Shown here: positions 52,791 through 64,000 of the stretch, one piece after another
Layout: each line of letters starts with the position of its first letter
Numbering within the stretch: position 1 is the stretch's first letter
Assembly (NCBI GenBank): GCA_950097015.1
Contig: CATNEN010000025.1
Coordinates: 2,542,001-2,606,000, forward strand
DNA: 64,000 bases
Direction: 5' to 3'
From: Macrostomum hystrix
Taxonomy: Eukaryota; Animalia; Platyhelminthes
The notes under the pieces: model-generated
What the model was told of the DNA's origin: nothing
The model's input: only the letters and a program-made list of their open reading frames with translations
Databases searched by the model: none
Position numbers and translations under genes: made by a program

Positions 52791-53374
52791 TGCATGTGAG
52801 GATACTATAATATTTATATTACGGTCAGTAAAAATGTCAAACAATCAGTTAGCGACGCGTGACTGTATTACTGTATTAGTACTGTATCAATGCATAATTG
52901 CTGCATTCTTTTAATTGTTATTTTATCTCTATGCCCAAATGCAGTTCTCATAGCTTTTCCGTCTAATTTTTTGTATCACAGTTGCTAGTACCGATGTCAC
53001 AAATGTAGAAAAGTCCACAATTTCATCTTTTAGTGGAAAGCTACATAAAATAATATGTACGAGCACGTAGTTAGTTTCTCTACTTTAAGTTAAGACCGTT
53101 AAATTCGGGATTGTTAAATTTGTAGCTATTTTAAACAAAAATTTGAAAAAAAAAGTTTTTGATCAGCTGCTATTTTTTGCCTATATTCCAATCGAGCGAG
53201 AAAACGCACGCCTGAGTTATCTCAGTAATTTCCTCATTATTTGAGCAGTTTCAAGCCAGATGTTCCGCTAATTTTTCTAAACTAGATCCAGACTTTTATT
53301 TTGTTTCGTCATTCACTCTCTAATTTTCATATGCACACTTCACTTTTCTGCTATTTTTATTAGGACTAATAAGG

Positions 53375-54190
53375 GACTTCAGGGTAGACTGCCTGAAGGA
53401 TTTGAAGTTCAGGGTACACTGCCTGAAGGATTTGAAGTTCAGGGTACACTGCCTGAAGGATTTGAAGTTCAGGGTACACTGCCTGAAGGATTTGAAGTTC
53501 AGGGTACACTGTCTGAAGGATTTGAAGTTCAGGGTACACTGCCTGAAGGATTTGAAGTTCAGGGTAGGCTGCCTGAAGGATTTGAAGTTCAGGGTGGACT
53601 GTCTGAAGGATTTGAAGTTCATGGTAGACCGCGTGAAGGATTTGAAGTTCATGGTAGACCGCGTGAAGGATTTGAAGTTCATGGTAGACCGCGTGAAGGA
53701 TTTGAAGTTCATGGTAGACCGCGTGAAGGATTTGAAGTTCATGGTAGACCGCGTGAAGGATTTGAAGTTCATGGTAGACCGCGTGAAGGATTTGAAGTTC
53801 AGGGTGGACTGTCTGAAGGATTTGAAGTTCAGGGTAGGCTGCCTGAAGGATTTGAAGTTCAGGGTAGACTGCCTGAAGGATTTGAAGTTCAGGGTAGACT
53901 GCCTGAAGGATTTGAAGTTCAGGGTAGACTGCCTGAAGGATTTGAAGTTCAGGGTAGGCTGCCTGAAGGATTTGAAGTTCAGGGTGGACTGTCTGAAGGA
54001 TTTGAAGTTCATGGTAGACCGCGTGAAGGATTTGAAGTTCAGGGTGGACTGTCTGAAGGATTTGAAGTTCAGGGTGGACTGTCTGAAGGATTTGAAGTTC
54101 AGGGTAGGCTGCCTGAAGGATTTGAAGTTCATGGTAGACCGCGTGAAGGATTTGAAGTTCATGGTAGACCGCGTGAAGGATTTGAAGTTA
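53375..54190. repeat. Minisatellite, 30-bp unit (TTTGAAGTTCAGGGTAGACTGCCTGAAGGA), ~27 copies
   Basis: Tandem array, open in one frame on each strand. Confidence 0.96.
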
Positions 54191-54539
54191 TGTAATAATA
54201 TAGGAAACTGGGGTATAGAAGCATTTTTGTTATTCTAGAATTTGCTTATCAATTTAAATGGTTTTGTTTCCCGAAGCCGTCACAATTCTTTGAATGTGGT
54301 CCTCTCACTGCCGATGTAAAACTCAATATTTTCTGTCATCATCGGAAAATTTTCTAAAGGATATGGTATAGCACAAGTACAAGTAATTTTATTCGAATGT
54401 ACATATTTTTTTGAATCTTTTGCACAAGTGTTTACAACATTTTTGTTAACTTATTGCAAAGCTCGTATTTTGTATTCGAAAAAAAATTAAACATTTATTT
54501 TTGTTTGACAACTATAGTTAAGTAGTTATTGATACCACT

Positions 54540-55490
54540 TACGAGGGCTATCCCAAAAATAAGTTTCGCTGCATTATAAATTTTCTTAAGTACATTTTTG
54601 GCAAACGCGGTTAGTCATTCCTGAATCTATATGTCTATGGCAAAAGGCACCAAAAGTTTTAAAGCAAATGCAGTCTCACAAGCTGCAGGGCATCAAGTTA
54701 AACACAGTTTCGTTTGCAAAGATGGCCACTTCGGCTTCGTTCACACGATACGACGTCAGAAACATCATCAAGCTTTCAGTTTTGGCTGGCAAATCAACAT
54801 CAGAGATTCATGAAGAGCTCCATCAATTCGAACGGTTCGGAAATGGGTCCGTGAAGTTCAAGGAGGCAGGCTGTCGATGGAAGACAAAGAGCGGTCTGGA
54901 AGGCCAAGAACAGCCACCACTGATGCAAATGCAGAGCGTGTCAAAGCTGCAGTCACTGTGGACAGCAGATTGACTTGCAAGGAGATCGAGGACCTCCTGG
55001 ACATTCCTCACAGCACAGTGTATCGCATTCTTACTGAGCAGCTGAACATACAGAAGATCTTCGCAAAGTGGGTGCCTCATCTCCTGACTGAGGACCAAAT
55101 GAAGGAGAGGGTGACCCTGGCGCAAGAGCACCTTCGACGGTTTAATCGAGAGGGAAGCAACTTTCTCAGCAGAATTGTGACAGGAGACGAGACATGTCAA
55201 ACGCGGTTCAGACTCAGACTCAGACTCAGACATGTCAGACTCGAGACAGGTCTACGAGTGGGATCCTGAGCTCAAGCGCCAGTCAGCACAGTGGCTTCCA
55301 AGGGAATCAGCGAGTCCTGAGAAGGTTCAACGGAAGCAGAGCTCCTTGAAGGTGATGCACATAGTCTTCTTTGACATCCATGGGGTCCTGGTGGACTGGC
55401 CAGTGCCAATCGGCACCAAGGTAAATGCAGAATATTACCGATGGGTACTGCAAGAAAAATTGAGGCCAGCCATCAGGAAAAGCGGCCTGG
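54540..55490 (+). mobile_element. Decayed mariner (Tc1/mariner, irritans-like) transposon: left TIR plus broken transposase, 3'-truncated
   Basis: TA|CGAGGGCTATCCC TIR start. Transposase pieces: MATSASF...IHEEL, frameshift, ERSGRP, KWVPHLL, IVTGDET, insertion, VYEWDPELKRQSAQW...KVMHIVFFD...VNAEYY...LRPAIRK. The D34D second and third Asp and the right TIR are absent. Confidence 0.9.
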
Positions 55491-55514
55491 TTTTTTTTGT
55501 TCCAAAAAACTGCC

Positions 55515-55610
55515 TAGAACTGAGCAGTCCCGAATTTCGGAGTAGAACTGAGCAGTCCCGAATTTCGGAGTAGAACTGAGCAGCCCCGAATTTCGGAGTA
55601 GAACTGAGCA
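55515..55610. repeat. 28-bp tandem triplication (TAGAACTGAGCAGTCCCGAATTTCGGAG) at the mariner break point
   Basis: About 3.4 copies immediately after the transposase truncation; contains the CCGAA-T-TTCGG inverted repeat. Confidence 0.88.
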
Positions 55611-56034
55611 TGCCGAAGCAAGTGCACGCCAGGAAATTTAATAGCCAACATGAACAAGCCAGCAGTCCCGGCAAAAGCACTAGAAGATTCTGTCTATTAA
55701 TATGCAAATTTGTCAATCTTTCCGCACTTCTTATTGCACTTTGTCGGCGAACGAGTTTGACGGCAGCTCAGCGCGGGCTCGCTTGTCGATATAGCTGAGA
55801 TTAGGGGCTACATGGACTCATGCGGCGAGTCATTCTTCAAGGATGCCGAGCCAGGAAAGGAGAATACTTCGTTTGAGAGAATTACAGACATTGAGACTTC
55901 GTGGCTATGACAGCCGTGCATTAATAAACAGGATTTTTCTGTTTGAACGCATCTTCTGTGTCTTTCCAGAAGAATTTGCCTGATATTGGCTCTGTTCTGC
56001 CCCTCCTTCTGAAGTTTGACGCGCCCTCCAATGT

Positions 56035-56370
56035 CAACACTGCCTCTCCTGAAGTCCGGCACTGCCTCTCCTGAAGTCCGGCACTGTCTCTCCTTGAAGT
56101 CCGGCACTGCCTCTCCTGAAGTCCGGCACTGCCTCTCCTGAAGTCCGGCACTGCCTCTCCTGAAGTCCGGCACTGCCTCTCCTGAAGTCCGGCACTGTCT
56201 CTCCTTGAAGTCCGGCACTGCCTCTCCTGAAGTCCGGCACTGCCTCTCCTGAAGTCCGGCACTGCCTCTCCTGAAGTCCGGCACTGTCTCTCCTTGAAGT
56301 CCGGCACTGCCTCTCCTGAAGTCCGGCACTGTCTCTCCTGAAGTCCGGCACTGCCTCTCCGGCACTGCAT
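56035..56370. repeat. Minisatellite, 22-23-bp unit (GAAGTCCGGCACTGCCTCTCCT)
   Basis: About 15 tandem units. Confidence 0.95.
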
Positions 56371-56909
56371 CTGCAGAAGGCTATCTGCACCGATGCCCAT
56401 TCGCAACGCAATCAGAGCGCGCTGACAGTAGAACAGAACCGTCTCTTCTTTGATGGAGCATAGCGGACTTAAAATTTGACAAAGCATTTTCAATGAGTGA
56501 ATAGCAATTCCTTCCGCTGCCCCCAGTCTAGAACTGGGAGAAAATGAGAATGAATGAGGACAGTCATCGACAAAGCCGCCCCGATACACCCTCAGGGATT
56601 TAGTAAAAGAGGGCTTCTCTTCCGTAAGTGATGAGAGACACGATTGAATGGACAAAAGCAGACCGCACAGATTTCTTACTCAATCCTGGATTCCCTCTCC
56701 ATCACTCAGCTCTCAAACTCCCAACTGTCAGTGAAAGGCTGAGAGTGAGTGTTTTGTTAAATTCACACTTTCCGCAGATTCCCAATGACGTTGGTTGGGC
56801 TGTCAGGGCTAAAGAAAATGGAAAAATTTCTGATTTCTGGGACAAAACGTGGTTCGTAGCCATGATTGATTATGCTCTGATTTGCACTCTAGTCAAACAG
56901 ATAAATCAA

Positions 56910-56995
56910 CCATCCCTCCAACCAACCAACCAACCAACCAACCAACCAACCAACCAACCAACCAACCAACCAACCAACCAACCACCAACCAACCA
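56910..56995. repeat. (AACC)n microsatellite
   Basis: Directly visible. Confidence 0.93.
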
Positions 56996-57519
56996 ATATA
57001 TTGATTTTACCAATATAGTTACCATTATTTTGCTTGATAGAGCTTTCCTTCGTTTATATTTTAATTGTCTCTTTATAGAAGAATTCGGTTTATAAAAAGA
57101 CTAACAGGACTATGTTTCTGAAGGCTTATGCTCTTTTCTCAAATATTTGACCTGACAACGAATTGTTAAAAAACCTGCAAAGTAAGAATTTCAAACAGCA
57201 ATAATCGATGTCGCTTTTTAGCTAATTGAAGGCCTTTGAAAAGGAGGCATTGTGAACAGCTGGGCCGCTTCGTGCAAAGTTCATTAGGGATTTAAGCAAT
57301 TACCGGTTTAGGGAGAGCGACTTGCTTTCTTTAAAACACTTCAATTGAAGGCCGCGTGAATTCAATTTCAACAACGAGAATAAAGTCGCCCCAGCGGCCC
57401 TTGACGCTGCTAAGCGTAGTTCAATCGATCTGCAGAGCATTGAGCAGGCAGGAAGATGCGCTGCACTCTTAGACTCTAATTGCTCAAATTTTCGTCACCT
57501 TAAAGCTCTTGCGTGCCCT

Positions 57520-58400
57520 CCTATGTAGGGAATCCGCCCTCTGGATTCCTGTGTAGGGAATCCGCCCTCTGGATTCCTGTGTAGGGAATCCGCTCTCTGG
57601 ATTCCTGTGTATGGAAACCGCCCTCTGGATTCCTGTGTAGGGAATCCGCCCTCTGGATTCCTGTGTAGGGAATCCGCCCTCTGGATTCCTGTGTAGGGAA
57701 TCCGCTCTCTGGATTCCTGTGTAGGGAATCCGCCCTCTGGATTCCTGTGTAGGGAATCCGCCCTCTGGATTCCTGTGTAGGGAATCCGCCCTCTGGATTC
57801 CTGTGTAGGGAATCCGCCCTCTGGATTCCTGTGTAGGGAATCCGCCCTCTGGATTCCTGTGTAGGGAATCCGCCCTCTGGATTCCTGTGTATGGAATCCG
57901 TCCTCTGGATTCCTGTGTAGGGAATCCGCCCTCTGGATTCCTGTGTAGGGAAACCGCCCTCTGGATTGCTGTGTAGGCAATCCGCCCTCTCTGACACCGG
58001 TGTAGGCAATCCGCCCTCTCTGACACCGGTGTAGGCAATCCGCCCTCTCTGACACCGGTGTAGGCAATCCGCCCTCTCTGATACCGGTGTAGGCAATCCG
58101 CCCTCTCTGACACCGGTGTGGGCAATCCGCCCTCTCTGACACCGGTGTGGGCAATCCGCCCTCTCTGACACCGGTGTAGGCAATCCGCCCTCTCTGACAG
58201 CGGTGTAGGCAATCCGTCCTCTCTGACCTGGTGTAGGCAATCCGCCCTCTCTGACACCGGTGTGGGCAATCCGCCCTCTCTGACACCGGTGTAGGCAATC
58301 CGCCCTCTCTGACACCGGTGTAGGCAATCCGCCCTCTCTGACACCGGTGTGGGCAATCCGCCCTCTCTGATACCAGTTTAGGGAATCCGACCTCTGACTA
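57520..58400. repeat. Compound minisatellite: 28-bp unit (GGGAATCCGCCCTCTGGATTCCTGTGTA, ~57520-57975) then related 29-bp unit (GGCAATCCGCCCTCTCTGACACCGGTGTA, ~57975-58400)
   Basis: Two abutting homogeneous arrays sharing AATCCGCCCTCT and GTGTA. Confidence 0.95.
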
Positions 58401-60243
58401 GTTAACGTGTGAATTTGGGAATCCACCTCTTCACAATTATTGTTTGCCTGCTTTAAGATTCTGCCAATATGTATTGGTTAAATGCTCAATATTGATGCGT
58501 TTCGTTAAATGTAAAATCCATGTGGCCAACCAGATATGACAGCTAACATTTGAATGAGCTGTTTCTAAGCACTCTATTGTTGCTGAAGAAGTGGTCATGC
58601 ATCTCTACCACTGACAGGGACACGCAGTGTCCGATAAATTATTCATTTATATATCCATGTCTCTAGCTATATAGTCCCGTTGACATGAGATTAACAACCA
58701 TCGTCTCATGGGTGAAACTCAGGAATGTCTTTCCTGTTTGATCCTGGCTGTCCAGTTTGAGCATATAATAGTATGTGTTAAGCTGGTTGCTCAATAATCT
58801 AGTAAATTGCTGTGACTTGGTATATGCAGCTGGGTTTTCGATTTTCATGGCTAGCTACTTTTCCTGAGACTGTCCAGTGGGTTTAGAGATTATAGTGCAC
58901 TCTAAACGAATAAAAGATTTATAAGTCGAAAATTCTCGCTATAACCTATATATTCTAAGAGCAAACTATATTCAAGGAAACAGCTATGATGTAGCCAAAA
59001 GGTCAGGACTATGCGTGTGGACGGCTCGAGTTTTGGAGATGACTAGATGAGGCCTGACAAGTCTGCTGCACGCGACATTTTAAGCAGAGTTTGCACACGA
59101 TGAAAATATATACAGTGCAGTGTTGCATTAAATATTGGCAACTTATAAAACTGCGTACTAAGGAAAGGCCAAAGTAGCCAAAGTAGTGTAGCATGCTTGT
59201 TTTGCGCGGAAGTGCATATTCAAAAGTCCGAAACTAAACTAATTGTGAAGTGGATATTTCTTGCAATGAGAATTAATTTTATCAAAATTTTGTCTAGTTT
59301 TTTGGCGGCATAATAACACTATGGTGACTATGACAAATGAGATACAATCCTACAATGAGCAGAAAATCGATTGCGAATTTTCTGCTTTTATAGTTTTATA
59401 GCTTTATTATCCCTTTATAGCTTATAAATATTTGTATAATCACGCGCCTGTATAAAAAGTATGGCCACTTTCTTTTTTTTTAATTTTTGTGAAATAAAAA
59501 AAAGTCGCGTCAGGCATTTAAAATTAAAGACATCTTAAAACTGAATACAATTTACAAAGTAATCGTTGTTTTCGATTTTTTTCTAGCAGATTGATTACGT
59601 TGAGTAATCGGCCTAACTGAGCTAATCAATGACCCATCATATTATAAGATGACCTCTTCTTTCGTTTTCGTATGCAAGTGTCCTTAAATTATTTTTGCAT
59701 TCGAGAAAAAAGTAGATTGCTTCCTAAAATTTAATTTTTACTTCCTAAAATTATCAAGACAATTTAGAATGTTTTTAATGCAATAATTGCATACTTCTGT
59801 TTAAGTCTCTTACTTCGTGATGCTCATTTAAAAAACAAGCAAACGTTTCTTCGAAATGTCTTGCCTATATACATGCATGATTGGATGGTATGTCAGTCTG
59901 CTCCGTAATTTTAGTAACCATATAAAATTTATATAGTGTTATTTTTAGCCAGATTTTTAAGCGTGACTCTTATTTTCATTTTAACTAGTCTCATTCATCT
60001 ATAATATATTGATTTTCTATTTATGATTAGGTTGCTACTATACTAAGTAATACTAGTCTGAACCAATTTCGAGCTTAAGAGGCAGTACCATAATAAGTTT
60101 ATTTTGTAGGCCTAGTAATAAAATTTCCTAAAGTAAATACAGATATTTATTCATTATTTTTTTTGTTAAATAAACTGTTTAAAGTTTTACTAAAAATCTA
60201 CTTTTAGAATCTATATAGTAGTTGGTTGGTTGTTAGTGTAAAA

Positions 60244-63210
60244 ATGGCACAAAATTCCCCTATGTATAATGTATCATATGCAATAAAACAAGAGATACAA
60301 AGATTCGAAAGTGTGCATCCCAGTATCTATGCTATTTATGATTTGATAGAGTCTATTCCTGACAAAGAGCTACAAGACAGAATTCATAACTATGTTGTAT
60401 GCATTGAAGGTAAGAGTATTTTTCTCTTTTTGGCAGTTTGTTTGTTTTGTTATTTGCTTTCAAACATTATTATTTGCTTAGCTAATTATATAAAATAATA
60501 TGATATCATAGATCATATCATAGAAATATTTTGTGATCCTTAGTGATACCATTTTTTCTTTGAATCTAAATGATTTAGCCTACTTTAGATTTAGTTAATT
60601 AAGCTGGGCCTAGCTTGCATATGGCTTCTTTTTTTCATTTTAGCAACAATTCATACCATGTATTGCATACAGAATTGTTATTAACAATGAAGTGCTCTAA
60701 TATCAAAGAGATTTTTATTATAACAAAACTAGCAACCAAGAAACCCTTTGGGGAGGGAAGAAAATCACACTTTATTGCCCTAAGAAAAAGAAGAATTTAA
60801 AATATGCAACTTCAATACTATGCATATATTTTCTTGATATCTCCTTGCTAAATTATGCTACCCATTGGATATATCATGCTATCCCATGATAAAGCATGCA
60901 ACCCTATATATAAAGCTTGCTACCCACTTAATAATTTATGCTACCCCTTAGTAAATCATGCTACTCTTACCATTTGATGAAGTTCCCTCAATAATACTTG
61001 GTGTTCCCTTAATATTTTATGCCGTTGGGTCAATAATTCATGCTATACCCTTAACTAATCATGCTATCCCTTGTAAAATCATGTTACTGCACTGAGAAAG
61101 CATGCTACTATCTCAATATATCATGCTACCCCCTTGATAAACCCCTCAAAAGTGTCTCATAAGTGAAAGATATGTATACATGCTTTTATATAATCACTAT
61201 ATTCTTAAAATGCTTTACTTGGGTAACTGAACTAGCCCCTATTGCAGCCAAGGGTTAAAATGTGTTAGACACCATTATCAAGCAATTATCAACCACTACC
61301 CATTCCTACATATTATCTAATATTATTATTATATCACTACAGCAGCAAAAACGTTTTTTTAATGAACTATCTACTGACACCAGAGTATCAAATGAAACTT
61401 GTTTAAAAAAGTTTTTACTGGTACAATACCTATTATCCAATAGTGTTTTGTTGTAAAATATATTTATCTTTTATGTTTTTCTTTCAAATTAGATAGCCTA
61501 TGATATAGCTTATATCATGCCAAAAAATGTCTCTATGTGTGTTATGTGTAACTATGTGTACCAGCTGCATATTATTATTATATTCGCTATAAACTGTTGC
61601 TGCCAGTAAGTGTAAGGACAAAAGTTTGAACAAATTCACTAACTCGAACTATTGAACTCAATACAATCAGATTCGTTTGTAAACAGCCAAGAATGGACAC
61701 TAAATCGTAGCATCCCAGAGCTTCATTTGGTAAGAGAAAATCAATTATTTTCCTGATCTCAAATTAGAATATTTTATTGTGAACTAATACTTTGATATTA
61801 TTAATTTCCATTTATAACTGCAGGGTGTCCTTGGCACACCTCAGTCAGGCAAATCGGCATTAGTGCATCGCTACCTCACTGGCTCCTACATGCAGGACGA
61901 ATCACCTGAAGGTTAAGGGCGTGCTGGACTCGTTTAAACAATCATTTCTGGGCTGTTAATATCTATATCTATATCTATACACAGAAGTTTTGGAAATAAA
62001 TATACATTTTCCTTTTTACCACTTATTATCAAAACAGTAAATACAGGCATAGTTATTCTGTTAATCAATAATGAAAGTACTCGAAAGTTAATGCTAAATC
62101 CAGAATGCAGTGTCCCAAACCAAATGAAGTGTGGAAGAAGTTTTAGGTAAAAGCATTCTATTTGTGCAGCGGATAGCTGTGCTATGCTGTTTTAAGCTTC
62201 GGGACTAAATTGTCACTTGGAGGGGGGAAGAATAGTAGAAAGATGTAGTTTAATCCAGAAAAATCTTTCTGTAACTGAAAATCTCTTTATCCGGAAAATA
62301 AGATTCTCTCATTGAGTCATTACTTAAATTAGAATATCCTTACTATTAAACCACAATCCCCTATCCTCAAAGCATTATCAGTCATCCTCAAAACATAATC
62401 CCTCATGCCTTCCTTAAACCCGAATCCCTATTCTCAAACTCGAATCCCCATACTCAAATCTGAATCCCCATTCTAAATCCAGAGTCCCCACTCTCAAACC
62501 CGAATCCCTAATCTCGAATCCTAATCCCCCGATCCTCAAATTCTCATACCTAATGCCCCGATCCTCAAATCCTCATCCCTATTCCCCCGATCCTCAAATC
62601 CTCATCCCTAATCTCCGATCCTCAAATCCTCATCCCTAATCTCCGATCCTCAAATCCTCATCCCTAATCCCCCGATCCTCAAATCCTCATCCCTAATCTC
62701 CGATCCTCAAATCCTCATCCCTAATTTCCGATCCTCAAATCCTCATCCCTAATCCCCCGATCCTCAAATCCTCATCCCTAATCTCCGATCCTTAAATCCT
62801 CATCCCTAATGCCCCGATCCTCAAACCCTCATCCCTAATCCCCCGATCCTCAAATCCTCATCCCTAATCCGCCGATCGTCAAACCCTCATCCTTAATCCC
62901 CTGATCCCAAACCGGAATCCCTCATCCCTCACGCCCGAATATCTAATCCACAAACCGGAATCCTCTGACTTTAACACAGGCGGCCGCTTCAAAAAGGAGG
63001 TGTCAGTGCCAGACGTTGGCAGTTGTCTGTTGCTCATTCGCGACGAAGGCGGCCCGCCGGACGCACAGTTCGCTGCCTGGTGCGACGCCTGCGTGTTCGT
63101 GTTTGCGTTGGATTGCGCCGAAAGTCTAGATGCGGTTTATCAGTACTACGGCCGTGTGGCCCAGTGCCGCAGCCTAGCGGACCTGCCACTGCTGCTGGTG
63201 GGCACCCAGG
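60244..63210 (+). CDS. AGAP1: AGAP/centaurin-gamma (GTPase-like domain, ArfGAP) 5' part; join(60244..60409, 61671..61729, 61824..61911, 62980..63210), continues beyond window
   Basis: [20 protein letters not shown]...VCIE|[20 protein letters not shown]|GVLG...[22 protein letters not shown]|GGRFKKE...[14 protein letters not shown]...LLLVGTQ matches the AGAP1/3 N-terminus. GT-AG junctions with phases 1,0,1,1. Paralog assignment uncertain. Confidence 0.92.
62500..62900. repeat. Intronic minisatellite, 27-28-bp unit (CCGATCCTCAAATCCTCATCCCTAATC)
   Basis: About 14 units in AGAP intron 3, degenerate flanks from ~62340. Confidence 0.92.
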
Positions 63211-63310
63211 GTAAGCTCGGCATTTGCACTTGAGCTGTTGGATCCTCAGTTTGCAATTCTTTCTCAGATCCTCTGTATTGGGTTCAGTCTCTTAATAATA
63301 ATAATAATAA

Positions 63311-63590
63311 TTGCAGGAGGGCTGCGGGCAATGGCACACCATTTGGTGACACTAGTCCCGCAACCAGCCAGGAGGCAATTCAGCTCATTTCGCTGACTCC
63401 TGAGCACACACGCACAAAGATACTGTACGCAGGAACACACTCACACAGGTGTGTACATCTGCCCTGACTTTCTCATCGTCAGGCAGTGTGCACTCTCACT
63501 GTGCCTTGGAGGTTGGCCTTAAAGGGCTTCTTTTGCTCGACAATGCCACAAGCCTTCTCTCCGCTGCTGCGCCCCAAATGAAGATGTGCA
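63311..63590 (-). mobile_element. Unclassified retroposon family, copy D (3' end with (ATT)n tail, 5'-truncated)
   Basis: Matches copies A-C; abuts a (TAA)n run at ~63292-63310, read as an (ATT)n tail on the minus strand. Confidence 0.72.
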
Positions 63591-64000
63591 TTTAGGCTCT
63601 TTCTCAGATTCTCAGGTTTGGGTTCAGGCCTTTTCTTAGATCCTTTATTCAACCTTTCTATTGTTTATTTCTTTCTAATCTCTTCTGTTGGATTCCTGGG
63701 ATTAACTGGATATATTGCATTACATATTAGCACTGTAGGCTACTTTATCACTACGAGTGATTGTTCAAACTACGTATAAACAGGTACTAAATTTTATAAA
63801 CTTTAATTTTTGTTGCATCACTCGTCCTTCCCTAGCAAGTGACTGTCTCGTAAACTGAATAAAATGATTATACATAGTGCTAGGACTGAGTAGGATGTCG
63901 AGGTTGTTGCTGTACTTTTTTCAAGAACTAAAAACCTATTTTATTTGGCTAACGTAACTGACTAAATTATTTTCTTAGAAACATAACAACCAAATAGAAT

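Noticed and set aside
55808-56655. Protein-like frames flanking the 22-bp array, including a VYRG motif reminiscent of ADP-ribosyltransferases
   Set aside because: No convincing splice sites or further family motifs; not identifiable by eye

Overview
Eukaryotic (animal) genomic DNA, not prokaryotic. It has spliced genes with GT-AG introns, mostly GC-rich exons with poly-Q/poly-A runs, AT-rich spacers, and about 30 tandem arrays of 14-67 bp units covering roughly a third of the window. This architecture suggests the flatworm Macrostomum (inference, not proven). Nine genes were reconstructed by hand. Minus strand: ING1/2-like, ARMC6, RRP7A-like, a divergent G-alpha-s, CHIC1/2. Plus strand: GLTP, ELMOD3, an NPF/NPY-type GPCR, and the 5' part of an AGAP/centaurin-gamma gene. 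Mobile DNA includes a decayed mariner, an hAT-type MITE with an 8-bp TSD, a foldback element, a tRNA-derived SINE (3 copies) and an unclassified retroposon (4 copies). The most interesting signal is the co-oriented RRP7A-ARMC6-ING run. The ING reading frame has no genomic ATG and starts exactly in frame at a 3' splice acceptor. This is what one expects if a flatworm spliced leader, which ends in AUG, supplies the start codon in a polycistronic unit. Exon models are manual and have no transcript support.
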